The notes under the pieces: model-generated
What the model saw: only the letters and a program-made list of their open reading frames with translations
The model's database searches: none
What the model was told of the DNA's origin: nothing
Part shown: positions 23,980-36,197 of the stretch, piece after piece
Layout: every line of letters begins with the position of its first letter
Numbering within the stretch: position 1 is the stretch's first letter
Program-made: the position numbers and the translations under genes
Source: Camelus dromedarius
Lineage: Eukaryota
Direction: 5' to 3'
NCBI RefSeq assembly: GCF_036321535.1
Contig: NC_087436.1
Coordinates: forward strand, 58,902,001-58,966,000
DNA: 64,000 nucleotides

Positions 23980-25988
23980 AATGGAGTATACTCTGTAAAA
24001 ATACTGAATGACTATACTGTGCATCTGAAACAAAATAGTATTGTAAATCAACTACACATCAATTTTAAAAAAGAAAAAGAAAGAGATAAGACAAAAATAA
24101 ATAGAATAGTCCATTAGTACTATATATTTCTCCTAAGCACTCTTTAAGTAGTAATTCACAAATTCTGATAGGTTATTATTTTATTTCATTTTCTACCAAA
24201 TGTACTCTCTTTTTCCTTTTGAGTTCTTCTATGACTTGGAGTATATTATTAAGTTTTCAAACATTTACAGATTTTCAGGATTTTTCTTCCTGCTAATTGA
24301 TTTCCAGTTTATTCCACCAGTGATCAGAAATCATAGTTTGTATGACTCAAATCCTTTTAAATTGATGGAGACGTTTTAGGACTCAAAATATAGAAGCTCT
24401 TGGTAAATGTTCAGTGAGTGCTTGTAAAAAAAAGTGTATCCCACTGTTGCTGGGTGGATTGGTCTATAAATGTCAATTATATCAGGTTCATTGAGAGTAT
24501 TTTTTTCAATTCTTCCATATACTTACTGATTTTCTGTCTACTTGTTCTATAAAATACTGATAAAGGGGTCTAGATATCTCTCATTAAGGCCATAGACTTG
24601 TAGACTTGCAGTTCTAATAGGTTTTGCTTAATTTATTCTGAGGATATGTTATTAGTTCTATAAACATTTATGATCATTACATACTTTTGGTGAATTTACT
24701 ACTTTGTCATTAAGAAATGACTCTCATCCATAATGATATTTGTTCTGAAATTTTTATTTTGTATAATATTTGTATAAACATTGCAGCAATCTTTTGATTT
24801 GTATTAATATGTTGTATCTTTTTCAATCAATTTACTTTTAGCCTGTTTGTTTCTTTATATTTGAAGTGCATTTCTTATAAGAAGCATAGATAGGTTTTTG
24901 CTTTTATATCTATCTATTGGTTGATATATCTATATACCTTTAATTTGAGATTACTTAGAGCATTTATGCTTACTGTGATTATTGATATGGTTTGGTTTAA
25001 ATTCATCATAGAGCTACTGATGTATTTTTGAGGCATCTGATCTTTTGGCATGTTCTATTTTTCTGCCTTCCTTTGGATTAATTGTTAATTTTTATTTCCT
25101 TTGTTGATGTTTTGGTTATAGCACAAGCTTTCATTATTTGAGTGTTTTTTTTTATGGTTTGTACTATATATCTTTAACGTCCAATGATTATCTACTAGAG
25201 AACATACACTACTTTGCCTAAATTTTGTAAGAACCATAAAACTATTTTCAGTTTTCTCCTTTTTGCTATTTTTTTTGCCATTTTATTATCATATGTTTTA
25301 TTTTTACTTAAGCTATAAATCTCAGACTTTATTACTTTATTTTTACTTAAACAGGTACTAATCTTTTACGAAGATTAAATAATAAGAAAAAATTCTTGTA
25401 TATTTACTCATTAAGTTACCATTTCTGGTGCTCAATTTTTTTTCTTGTAGACAAGGGCAATTTTAATTTCTAATGATTAAAATTTTAATCTGGATCATTT
25501 TTCTTTTGCCCAAGGAACTCTTATACTGGGGATCTACTGGTGATAATTTTTTCAGCTTTTGTATGTCTTATAAAAACTTCTTTTTAACTTTATTTTGAAG
25601 TATTGCTGGGTATATAATTCTGGGTTTATAGTTTCTAATGATGCATTAAAGATGTTGCAATACTTACTTCTCACTTGTATCATTTCCAGTGATAAATCTG
25701 CAGCCATCCTTCTGTTCAAAATGTATTTTTGTTTTTCATTCTCCTTATACAATTTTTTCTTTAGTTTTGGTTTTGAGGAATTTGATGACAGTGCACTTTA
25801 TTATAGTTTCTCTGTTTTTTCGTACTTGAAGTACATTGAGATTCTTGCATTGTGGGTTTATATGTTTCTTCACATTTATAAAATATTTTGTCTGTTTTTT
25901 TCCAAACATTTTTTGCTGACCATTTTGTCTTTCCTCTCCTTTGGAAACTCTGAATTCAAATATATTACAATGCTTGAAATTTTCCCAC

Positions 25989-26757
25989 AAATAAGCACAT
26001 GAAAAATGCTCAACATCATCAGTAATTAGAAAAATACAAGTTAAAACCATGATGACATACTACTACCTCCTATAAAAACATTTAAAATTCAAAGTCTAAA
26101 CATATCAAGTGTTGGCAAGAACATGAAGGAAAACAGAATTCTTACACATTGTTGGTGGGAACATAAAATTATATGATCAGTTTGGAAAAGAGTTTGACAG
26201 TTTCTTGAAAGTTAGACATATGCCTACATATGACTCAGCTATTCCACTCAAGGTATTTACCCAAGAGAAAACAAAGAGTGTGTCCATACCAACACAGGTA
26301 CATGAATGTTCACAGCACCTTTATTTATAATAACCAAAAACTGGAAATAGCCCATATCGTTAATGAAGGACTAGATAAACAATTATGGTAAATTCACAAA
26401 TAGATTACTATTCAACAATAAAAGAATAATTATGCTGATGGTCATAAAGCAGAGACATAAAAGAGTCCATTTTATATGATCACATTTACTAAAATTTTAG
26501 AAAATGTAATTACATTGACAGAACACAGATTTGTGGTTGCGGGAAATTGACAGGGTCTGGTTCCGGGGGGAAGAATAGACTACAAAATGACATAAGAAAA
26601 CTTTCTGAGTGATAAATATGTTCTTTATCTTGATTGCAATGATGATTTCATGGTGCATACGTATATCAAAACTTATCAAATTGTATATTTTAAATATACA
26701 CAGTTTATTTTGTGCTGAGTGTGTCTCAATATAGCTGCTTTAAATATTTTTAAAAAA
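25989..26757 (+). mobile_element. Old L1M (MC/MD/ME-type) ORF2 end and 3'UTR
   Basis: aaataagcacatgaaaaatgctcaacatca...gtatttacccaagagaaaa...aaaacttatcaaattgtatattttaaatat. Confidence 0.8.
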
Positions 26758-26769
26758 CTGAAGCTTTCT

Positions 26770-27860
26770 CTGGACTGGGCATTATGTGGACAATAGGTTT
26801 ACAAGGGTAAGCAAAGGAGGTATGCTTTCTGTGAATATTAATGTGCAGTCTGTTGGAGGTAAAAGATATATAATTACAAATTTTGATTAGTGCTATGGAG
26901 GGGGTATAAAATTTCTGTATTAAATTCCATATTGTAGTGTTTTAAGTCCTTGAAAACAGGAACCATATCTTACCTTTCACTTTTTTACAGCTGGTACATT
27001 GCATGTTATATAGTAGCCACTCAACAAACTCTTTTTGAATTAACTTATTAGCGTTGCATAGAAGAGAAAAAGATACCATTCTTATTTCCAAAAATGTCAC
27101 TCAATGATATTGAAGACTTAGACAGATAAAAATTGCATGAGAATATCATAAATTATATGACTAATACATGCCTAGGATGCAGTGGAAAACAGAATGCCTA
27201 ATTCATATTTGTAGATCAAGAAATAATTCTTGGAGGAGCATGTGGTTGAATCTTAAAAGATAAATTACATTAGAGAAAAAAGATGGAGGAAAAGAGATTT
27301 TATTAAGAGTGATTAATATGTTCAGAGCCATAGAGGTGAAAAATATAGACAATATTATTAAATCTGATATAGCAGAATTTTGAATTGCATTTGGTAAAAC
27401 AGCAAGATATGAAGTCCTAGATGTAGCAATAACCAGATAAAGGACAGTGTGCTAAGTTATTGGTCTGTATTTCATGTTAAAAGCTAGAAGGAGCCAGTAA
27501 TAACTTTAAGTAGGGGAAAATACAATGAAATTTGCATTTCATAAAATCTTTCTGGCATTAAAGAGAATTAAGATCCTCGTATGGGGACTGAGTAGGACAT
27601 TTTTGTAATAATGTAGTGATGAGGTTCAGACCTATAGCTGAGGCACTGAAAATAGAAAGAAGAGAATGGATATGAGATGTATTAAGAATTGAAATAGAGC
27701 TTGATAACCAATTGAATTTGGGTAGTAGAGTAAAGGAGGGGATGACTTAGGAGACTGAATAGAGGGGGAAATAGACACTAACAGAAGGAGCAGGTGCGGT
27801 ACAGAAGGAAGAGAATTAATTCTGACCTGGCTGGTGGATTTGGAGATACCTGGATAGACC
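26770..27860. mobile_element. L2 fragments (mixed orientation)
   Basis: aagtccttgaaaacaggaaccatatct...ccactcaacaaac (sense) and gagccagtaataactttaagtagggg...atgaaatttgcatttcataaaatctttctggc (antisense). Confidence 0.5.
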
Positions 27861-27989
27861 TCCTAAGCCCTTCTCGCTCACTGGGAAAGTCTTTCTTTAT
27901 CGCAGAAGTTTAGTAGTAGCTTTCCAAGTGCTTCTCTCAGAATACCCTGATACTTCACTCAGTTCTAACAAGTGGGAGCTGCTGGGTTT

Positions 27990-28322
27990 CAGAGAAAGAC
28001 TTTCCTCCTCCAAATAAAGAATCATGTGGGGAGTAGCTGCCCCCACTTCTGTCTTTGCAACAAGCTCTATGTCAGCATGCATCTTGGAGCTTCAGGTTAT
28101 GAGAGGCAAGCCTCAGAATCAGACTCGACTCTTTGAGATGATGGGCCATGAGGAAGGGAGAGGTGAGGTTTTTTATAAAAAGTTTGAACTACTTCACTAA
28201 CATTGAAACTGTTCTGACTCTGAGCTGCATTTTCTGTGAGGTAACAATCCACCTACATTATTTAAGTCAACTTTGACATGGGATTTTATTTCATGGCAGC
28301 TGGAAACAGCCTAAATGGTACA
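27990..28322 (+). mobile_element. MaLR LTR 3' part (old MLT1)
   Basis: Ends attatttaagtcaactttgacatgggattttatttcatggcagctggaaacagcctaaatggtaca, typical of an MLT1 U5 end. Confidence 0.5.
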
Positions 28323-28439
28323 GAAACAAAGGCAGGGAGATTGGAAAAATAAAAATAGATGAGAAATACAGAAAGATATTAATGCCTAAATGATAAAGTT
28401 ATTATTATATATAATCCATTTTTTATAGTGGGGGAAGTA

Positions 28440-29175
28440 TGTCCCATGTCATCCATTCAACATCCATTCCACCTTGCTCTAGTTTGTTTTCCTATAATAC
28501 AGAGGCTGGCAAGATAAAAACTGCATTTCCAAACTGATTTGGATTCAGGTATTTAGATGTGGTTTAGATGTGACAGACCACGTGCACACACAAGACATCA
28601 GCAGACAGAAGTGAGATGGAAGCCAGATGGCTGCTGCTTTTGCTGCTTCACCTGGCAAATATGGGTATTGAGGCATTTGCTGCTTTACATACAACAACAG
28701 TTGTGCCGTAGCTCAGTAACTGGCTCCATGAAAGCAGGCAGACGTGGCACAAACACCAGTTTGGCTGATGCAGGTTGTAGTAGGTACAATGTGCTTCTAG
28801 AGACAAGCACAAAAAGAGATTTTTTCAATAGTGGTGTCCTGAATGTCTGTAAGCATTCACATGTCTATGTGAATATGTGAATTCATAATCATGGTGGATT
28901 TTGATTTTGGTAGTTCCTGGTGCCAATGTAAATATGGCTCTAGGCTTTACAAATTTATAATCTTAAAAGAAACTTCCTTGGCATACTGGTTCCCTTGAGT
29001 GATTTGGGGAGTTGTTCCTGAAACTCAACCTAGTACCTCCTTCTTCAGCCCTCTCTCTGATTTCTTAAGCCTTTTAATATCCTTCATGTCCATTTCATAT
29101 ATTTTAATATCCTGAAACAAGTTCTCTCCTTCTTAAACTACCTAGAGTGGTATTATTTCCACTTAACTGTGACAA
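28440..29175 (+). mobile_element. ERVL LTR (LTR41-like)
   Basis: acagaggctggcaagataaaaactgcatttcc and tcctgaaactcaacctag...ttcttcagccct...cttaaactacctagagtgg. Confidence 0.55.
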
Positions 29176-32100
29176 TTATCAAAAATATAATTCATCATTA
29201 TTTCACACATTCATTATTGCATGTTTTCTGTGACTTTGTCATTTGTTCTAGTATCTAACAAAGTTCCAGGCAGGTGGCAATTCATAATTTTATATAGAGA
29301 TACAAAAAAAATACATTTACATATAATCTAATATCATATTCATGTAACAGTTTTTGTTGCAAACTCTTACCTTCAGCTAGATTATAAAAATAGCAACCAA
29401 AAAGTATGTTAAAAATTCACTGTGAAAGTTTTGAGAAAATATGAAAGGTGAACTCTTGACATTTAAAGTATAAAATGTATACAGACCTTCATTTGCAGAA
29501 GGCAAACATTACAGAGTATATGCATTGTTTAATGATAGATTTACATGATGTCAAAATAATCTGACAGTGAATAAATTGGTAAATACAGGTACAAGTGCCT
29601 GCCTCATTTCACTCTATGTTTATCTACTGTTTCTAAATAAATTTTCTTATTAACTTGCATAGAGTTTTTAGCCCCAAGCTTTCCTATTGACTATTTCTGG
29701 TGTAGTTCAAAATACCGTCTTCAATTTAGTGTGGATAATTATTGGAAAGAAAGGAAGAACCCATAAAGGCAAAATTTGTAATGTTATTCATAGGTAGTCA
29801 TAGCGTGACCATTATTAAATTTCTGTTCAACATCTATCAGTCTATTAGCCATTAGGAAGCAGGGCTGTCTCTATACTTAGAGTAAGTAGTTCTCAACCTA
29901 GTTTTACTTGAGGAATTTTGTATAGTTATTTAAATTACGATTATCTTTGTGCTTTGACTACATTGGTTCAAGTCTCAAAATGTGTCACTAACCACAAGAC
30001 CCTAAGTAACTTAATTAATTTCTCTGAGGCTGAATTTCTGTATGTATTAATTATCTATTGATTTTTTATTCTTGATATATTCATATTTATAAATAGTTAT
30101 AGTAGCATAAACCCCATAGGAGTCACATAAAGACTAAATATATATTTTTTCTCCTAAAGTACTTGGCCTAGTACTTGTCACATAGGGACAGATTCAATAG
30201 AGACTAGTTTTTCTTCATTACTGAGGACCACTTGAGGACTCTTATTTGAAACATCTCTTTCGCAGGCCTAACAACAGTTCCATTAAACAATTTTAGCATT
30301 AATCTATAAAGACTATCTACAGAAGATATGTATTTAAATTTTATATAGGTATGAAATTATAACAAATGCATTAACTAAACTGCTTTAAGTGTTTATGTCA
30401 AAGGACGTAGTATCTAACCCGCAGAAAACCATGACAATATGGTGCAGGCATGTATATTCTGAATAGAGCAAAGGAGGATGAGAACATACTATGGTAACTA
30501 TGGAGATATAAAAGAGAAAGGATTTCAGGAAAGGGAGAAATGATAGGTCACTGTAAAAGTTAGTTCCATCATCCAATTCAAACTTCTTAACAATGATAAA
30601 GATGTCAGTAGAATTTTTGAATTTGTAAACAAAGTTAACTGAAAAATATATCAAGAACATATGATTTCAAGTACTCAGAAAACTCGATTTAATGTGTAAT
30701 GACTAATAGTCATGTCTTGATATTCAAATATAAATGTTAAGGATCATGGTCTGATAATCAAGTTTATGAGATGTTCTCCTTTATCCAACCCTATGTATTT
30801 TTACACAAAAAGTTTATAATTTCAATTAGTCTTCCAGTTGACTTTTTTGCAATCCTTTGGCAAGACTTAATTAATTTTCCGTAACTTGCTATGGAGCATG
30901 TGTTAGGTAGGGTATAGTAGATTTTACAGAGGCACCGAATATATTAATTTTGTATGACTGAGCTATTAATATACTGTTCCAGTAAGGTTTTTAGACAGTT
31001 AATTAAAAATGTTTAACAAGGCAGCACGTTGCAAAGTACTTAAAATAATCACCAAAGTAAGACACATTAACAAAAAACACACAAAAAATATACCTTAATC
31101 ATGACAACAAAACAAATATCTTTGTTGCAACAAATAAATGTGCATTAAAAAAATCATCCCAGTTTCTAGTAGTGTTGGACACTATCAGTCACAGTGTGGA
31201 TTTCATCATGAATGGTGCAGATATTACTGTAAATGTGTTGTGTTCTGATAATACAGTCAGTAACTAATGTCGCCACATGAACAGAATGTGTTAGAGATAT
31301 GACTTAATTTCTCTTCACCTCCGTTTACACTTCCTCAATATGTTCAGTCACAATTTTCAAATACCAGTCTCAATATCACCTTAATTTCTTTCCTGGAGCA
31401 AAATATTTGTAACCTATCTGTCTTCTCGGGGCCCATGTCATTAGTATATTTGAAAGCTGGTTATGTGTTCTAGAGAGAGAAATCACTATAAATAAATGTT
31501 CACAGAAATTTATATTGTTTAGGTTGATTTGAACATATTTATTATGGCTAATATCAAAGAGTGCAATTTAGCTCTTCACAAAACGTTAGAAAACATCTTG
31601 AAAATTTGTATATATAAATATTTATTGAGTGAACAAAAAGACCTTGATTTTACAAAGGGGATGTGCAGGGATTTTTGTTTTGTTTTTGTATATCAATTAT
31701 ACCTCAATAAAGCTGTTTACAAAAAAGAAAAGGACAAGTCCAAGGTAAACAAAATTGTCTATAGGTACAGCTAGCACTAAAGCAGTTTTCTTTTTCATTC
31801 CACTTAATTTTTCAATTCAATTTATAGTTTTAAATTATAGTCCACATGATTAGTAACAGAAGATAATAAAGCTTATGTATGTTCAAAGTGCAATCTAAGA
31901 ATCACTTCATAGAAACATTAAGGCAAGAGAATTTAAATCTCTTCATTAAAAATAATTTGAAAATCTTATAGATTTATGTTTCTGTTAGTTAAAGCTGGTA
32001 GATTATATTAAAAATTTAAAATTTTCTTCTTGTAATTTCTTTCAACTAATCAAATGATATTAAAGATGCACTTTAAGTTTACTCTTTAAAAAATCATAAG

Positions 32101-33594
32101 GGTCTTCATAAACTTATTTATAAGGGATTATTAATCATATCATAGAAAATTTTTATTTTTCTGTTATGTTCTTACCACTAGAAATATCTCTGAAGTTATT
32201 ATTTTTAATAACATACAGAAACATATGCATACATACACATTACTTTTACAGAAAATATCTAAAAGTCATAAATTGAGTCATGTCTACATATGGTGTAAAA
32301 TGTATAGTTCCAGAACATAGCTACACATTGCAAAACTTTTATCTTACCATTTTTTGAGAAACATAATAAAAATTATTTTTCAATATAGGATTAAGGTTAT
32401 AAAATTTTGACTTTATTTGATCATTGTACAAAGATAGTGCCCCTTGCCTAATGTTCATTAGCTCTACTTGCTGTTAAAATAGGCCAAAAAGAAAATATAG
32501 GTGACATGTTCCATTTTGAAGATAGCCAATATATGTGGATATCATAAAGAGTAACTCCAAAACATTGTGATACTATGACAGAGATTGAAAATAAGATTTC
32601 TTCCTTTAAAAACTACAAAATTATTTTCTTCATGGCTAATGATTCCAGCAATACAGAGGAAGACTGAAGAATTACTTAAGACTCACAGCATTAATTTAAT
32701 TAAGACATTCATCAGTCATAGAGGTAGTTACTGATGATAAAAGGATAAAAAAAATTAGTTCTTTTCCTGAAGTGTGGGAGCGGGATAAGTAAATGAGGAA
32801 TTTGAAGGTATGATATGCTCCCAGAACTGAGACCCCAAAGGCGTGTCACCAAACGACACACTGCTAAATATCATTTGAAATCCTCACAGTAGTATTTCAA
32901 GGAAGGTAACTCCCACTTTATAGAGGTAACTCCTCAGACAGTCTAGGTGTCCTGATTTATCTGAAATTGCAAGTGGTAAAGCTTGACTTCAGTCCCACCT
33001 TTCACAACAAACTCTTTAAACTTTGGTATGGTATGGTCTAGGCATTTGTACCCCATATTCATCTTATCTTATGTATTTGGTTTTACTCTATTTCCTCTTT
33101 TGGAATTATCAGGTCAGGAAGTCAGATTAGGAATGTTTTTATTTATAATTTAAAAAATCTTTGAAGAGTATGTCCTGATTAAGAATATTTTAAATCTTTT
33201 CCTGTCTTATACCATGGTCATCATTTAATATAATATATAAGAAATAGGAGGTAACACTATAAGTGACATTAAGGTGAAATTCTATAAACACTTGTTAAAG
33301 CTACCAAAATATTAAACACAACTGAAGACTATTTCATGAAGCCTTTTCTTAAGTATTGTCCCCATTATCTTACATGTCCAGAAAAAAAGAGAAGGTTCCC
33401 AGTCATCCAGTAGACCTTTTATAAATGCTTAATTGTGAAGTACTACATTGAGTAGCTAATGTGGACTACTTTTGACTCATCCTAGAGTATATTACAATGC
33501 ACCTGTTCAATAGAAATTATAGAATTTCATATTATTATTCTCAAAACAGGCAAGGAAAAGGGACAAGCGGTTGAGAGCTAATAAAAGAAATGAA

Positions 33595-34770
33595 GACTTC
33601 TGCTTCTGAGAATATGGGGTAGACCTCTCTTTCCCTCTTCATTCCATTAAGTACAACTAGAAATCATTGTATATAAAAGTAACATGAAACTCTTAAAGGT
33701 GTAAGGAGGAGGCAGACTGTTAGAGACTTTAGGACACAAAGAATGACACAGTAATAAATTCGTGGATTTTCTTTTTGCCTCCTATATCTGAGATTGGTGA
33801 TGGAAAAGCTAGCAACCTAGAATTGCCAACAGACAACAACAACAAAAAAAATAAGCCCCAACAAAGGCCTGCTGTCTGCTCAAAGGATCAATAAAAGTGA
33901 AGCCTAGGAAGACCGAAAACTTGTAGAAAATATTCATTGTACTGCAACCAAATGTCACAGCAAAGACTGTGGTCCCCACTTGCATCCATGGCAGCAAAAG
34001 CTGACTAGGGAGTAAAGAATTCCAAACTTGCCATTCAAGGTGCCTCAGACTCTCTGCTGCAGTGGTGTCAGAGGAGGACAAGCAGGGAGCCAGAACTTTC
34101 ATCCCACCATGTAGGGCCTTCAATGAAACCCCCATTCTGGAGACAGTGGAGACCATATGGGAAGCTGGAATTCACCCCCATCCAGCATAAATGAGGTACC
34201 CTTTTACCTTTCCTCCCTTGTGGGGTGGTTTCAGAAGAGACCTTGTGAGTGTTAGAACTTTCGCTATCAGTCAGGAGAAAAGAGACCATCATCTCTTTCT
34301 TCTTGTGGTGTTGGTGGAGGCCACTTGGCCTGTAGTAATGAGGCTCTCTTATCCCTCTCAACCAAGGAAGGATCAGTGGAGGCAGGGTGGGAAGCTGGGG
34401 CTCTCACCCCTACCTAGGAGAACCTTCCCTCTCAGGTGTCATTGGAGGCCAAATGGAGAATTTGAGCTTCCATCCATTACTAGCCACGACCAGTAAATGC
34501 CTCCTACCCAAGCCAGAACAATGTCTGAGGAAGTCAGATAAAACAGAAGGTTTAATATTAGATCCAGATTATCATAACATAATGCCACAGATTTTCAAGT
34601 TTCAATCAAAAGAAAATCATCATACCAAGAACGAGTAAGATTTCCAATTCAATGAAAAAAGATAGTCAATAACTTGCCAACACTGAGATTACAGCGATGT
34701 TAAAACTATCTAACAATGATTTTAAAGTAGCTATCATAAAAATGATTCAAGGAACAATTACAAACATATT
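33595..34770 (+). mobile_element. Old L1M 5'UTR and ORF1 start
   Basis: gacttctgcttctgagaatatggggtagacc start, GC-richer 5'UTR, then atcataccaagaac...ccaacactgagat...gattttaaagtagctatcataaaaatg. Confidence 0.65.
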
Positions 34771-35779
34771 TGTTGAAACAAATTTGATTCTATAAAAATT
34801 CCACTAATAATCATAATATTCCCTGTACAAAAAGGTATGTAGAATAATGTATGTGCAAAAATAATTATTTGATCAATTTGTAATAAAGAAAAAAGTTGCA
34901 AAAAACTGAAGTCCATTAAAAAAATCTTTGGGTAAAGAGATTTAAGTGGATTATAGAACACTGATACTTAAAACTGTAACCCTCAAAAAAAGAATGAGGC
35001 AGTTTTATTTGAATTAATAGGGGCTACTTTACCAGATGAGTAATACATATAATGCAGAAAACTGTATAGAATACAAAGTGGATAAATTTCTCTAAAATAT
35101 GATCATTTAAATATAATTTAAAAATATATAGTTACTTTAAAAATAGCTATACACACAAAACCTACTCAAACTTACAATATTTCTAAAAGAATGTATAAGA
35201 AACTGATACTATGTGGCTGTAGTAAGGCAGGGACTAGACATGTGGGCTGGGCACATAAATACTTATAGATCTATGGCCAGTCTTCAGGTTCCCACAACTC
35301 TTTGTTAGGGTGTGACTGGTACGGGCCATTGACCTGATCATTTTGTTTTAATGTCTCTGATCTATGTTCTTTTAGGAGAATAGTTGTACTTGTTACTGAT
35401 GTTCATGAGCTTTGCTTAGCCTCCAGCATCTTTAGTCTTCCTTTTAATTTCCCCAGACTTCCTCCAGACCTATTGTACGGGGAAAGCACCTCCATTTCCC
35501 CTCCAGACATGCTAATATACTTCCCAACAGTATGTTGGAAAGGGCAATGTACATACACAATTTCTTCTATGCCCTGGAAAGCAGTATTTCCCAAATACAA
35601 CAAGACAACTCTACAACTTCTATTTCCCTCAGTTTGACCTCAACTGTGGCGAAATCCAGGCTATCTAAATCTCATCTCTTATCTTCTTTTCTTTCTCTTC
35701 CTGAGATATCTCCCTGGTAGCAACTACATAGGTCTTAGAAAGATTTCTCTCTTGAAGGCTGAGAATATCCCCTACTCAT

Positions 35780-36197
35780 TGTATTAGGCAGGGTTCTCCA
35801 GAGAAGAACTAATAGGATGTGTTTATACATATACAGAGAGAGATTTATTTTAATGAATTGGCTCACAATTGTAGAGGTATAATTCTAAATTGTACAGGGT
35901 AGATCAGTGGGCTTGAGACCCAGGAAGGAGTTGCATTTCAAGTCTAAAAGCAGTCTTCTGGCAATTCATTTTTGCCCTGGGGGATTTCAGTCTTTTTTTT
36001 TTTTTTTTTTTTTTTAAATGAAGGCCTTCAACTGATTGGATGAGACTCACCCACATTTGCTTACTCAAAACCTACTGATTTAAACCTTAATATCATCCAA
36101 AAAAAGCACATCTTCACAGAAACATCCAGAATAATGTTGGGCCAAATATCTGGGCACCTTTGCCCAGCTAAGTTAACATATAAAATTAACTATCATA
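35780..36197 (-). mobile_element. ERVL solo LTR (MLT2 family) with 5-bp TSD
   Basis: tgtattaggcagggttctccagagaa...aagttaacatataaaattaactatcata; CTCAT at both 35775-35779 and 36198-36202. Confidence 0.9.

Larger units (their letters stand above)
19601..24105 (+). mobile_element. L1 with native 5' end, large internal deletion (no ORF1), disrupted ORF2, 3'UTR and A-rich tail
   Basis: Starts ggggagaatagatcaagatggc; ORF2 pieces SINVIHH...ISIDADK.FDK (21375..), RT motif SLFADDMI (21673..), cysteine-rich CWR...[18 protein letters not shown] (22736..); tail 24067-24105; degenerate TSD 19581-19600 vs 24106-24125 (15/20). Confidence 0.95.
19190..25988 (-). mobile_element. Old L1M (ORF1 to ORF2 N-terminal region), antisense; host of the L1 at 19601-24105
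   Basis: Antisense ORF2 motifs at 19190-19600 continue at 24106 (tagtactatatatttctcctaagcactctttaag); antisense ORF1 motifs at 25500-25990 (tattgctgggtatataattctgggtt). Confidence 0.75.

Noticed and set aside
19190..26757. Twin-priming 5'-inverted old L1
   Set aside because: The antisense and sense parts are separated by a large gap in L1 coordinates and I found no enclosing TSD; independent fragments fit equally well.
33809..34638. Overlapping ORFs in a GC-richer patch
   Set aside because: They lie within an old L1 5'UTR, where higher GC lengthens chance ORFs.
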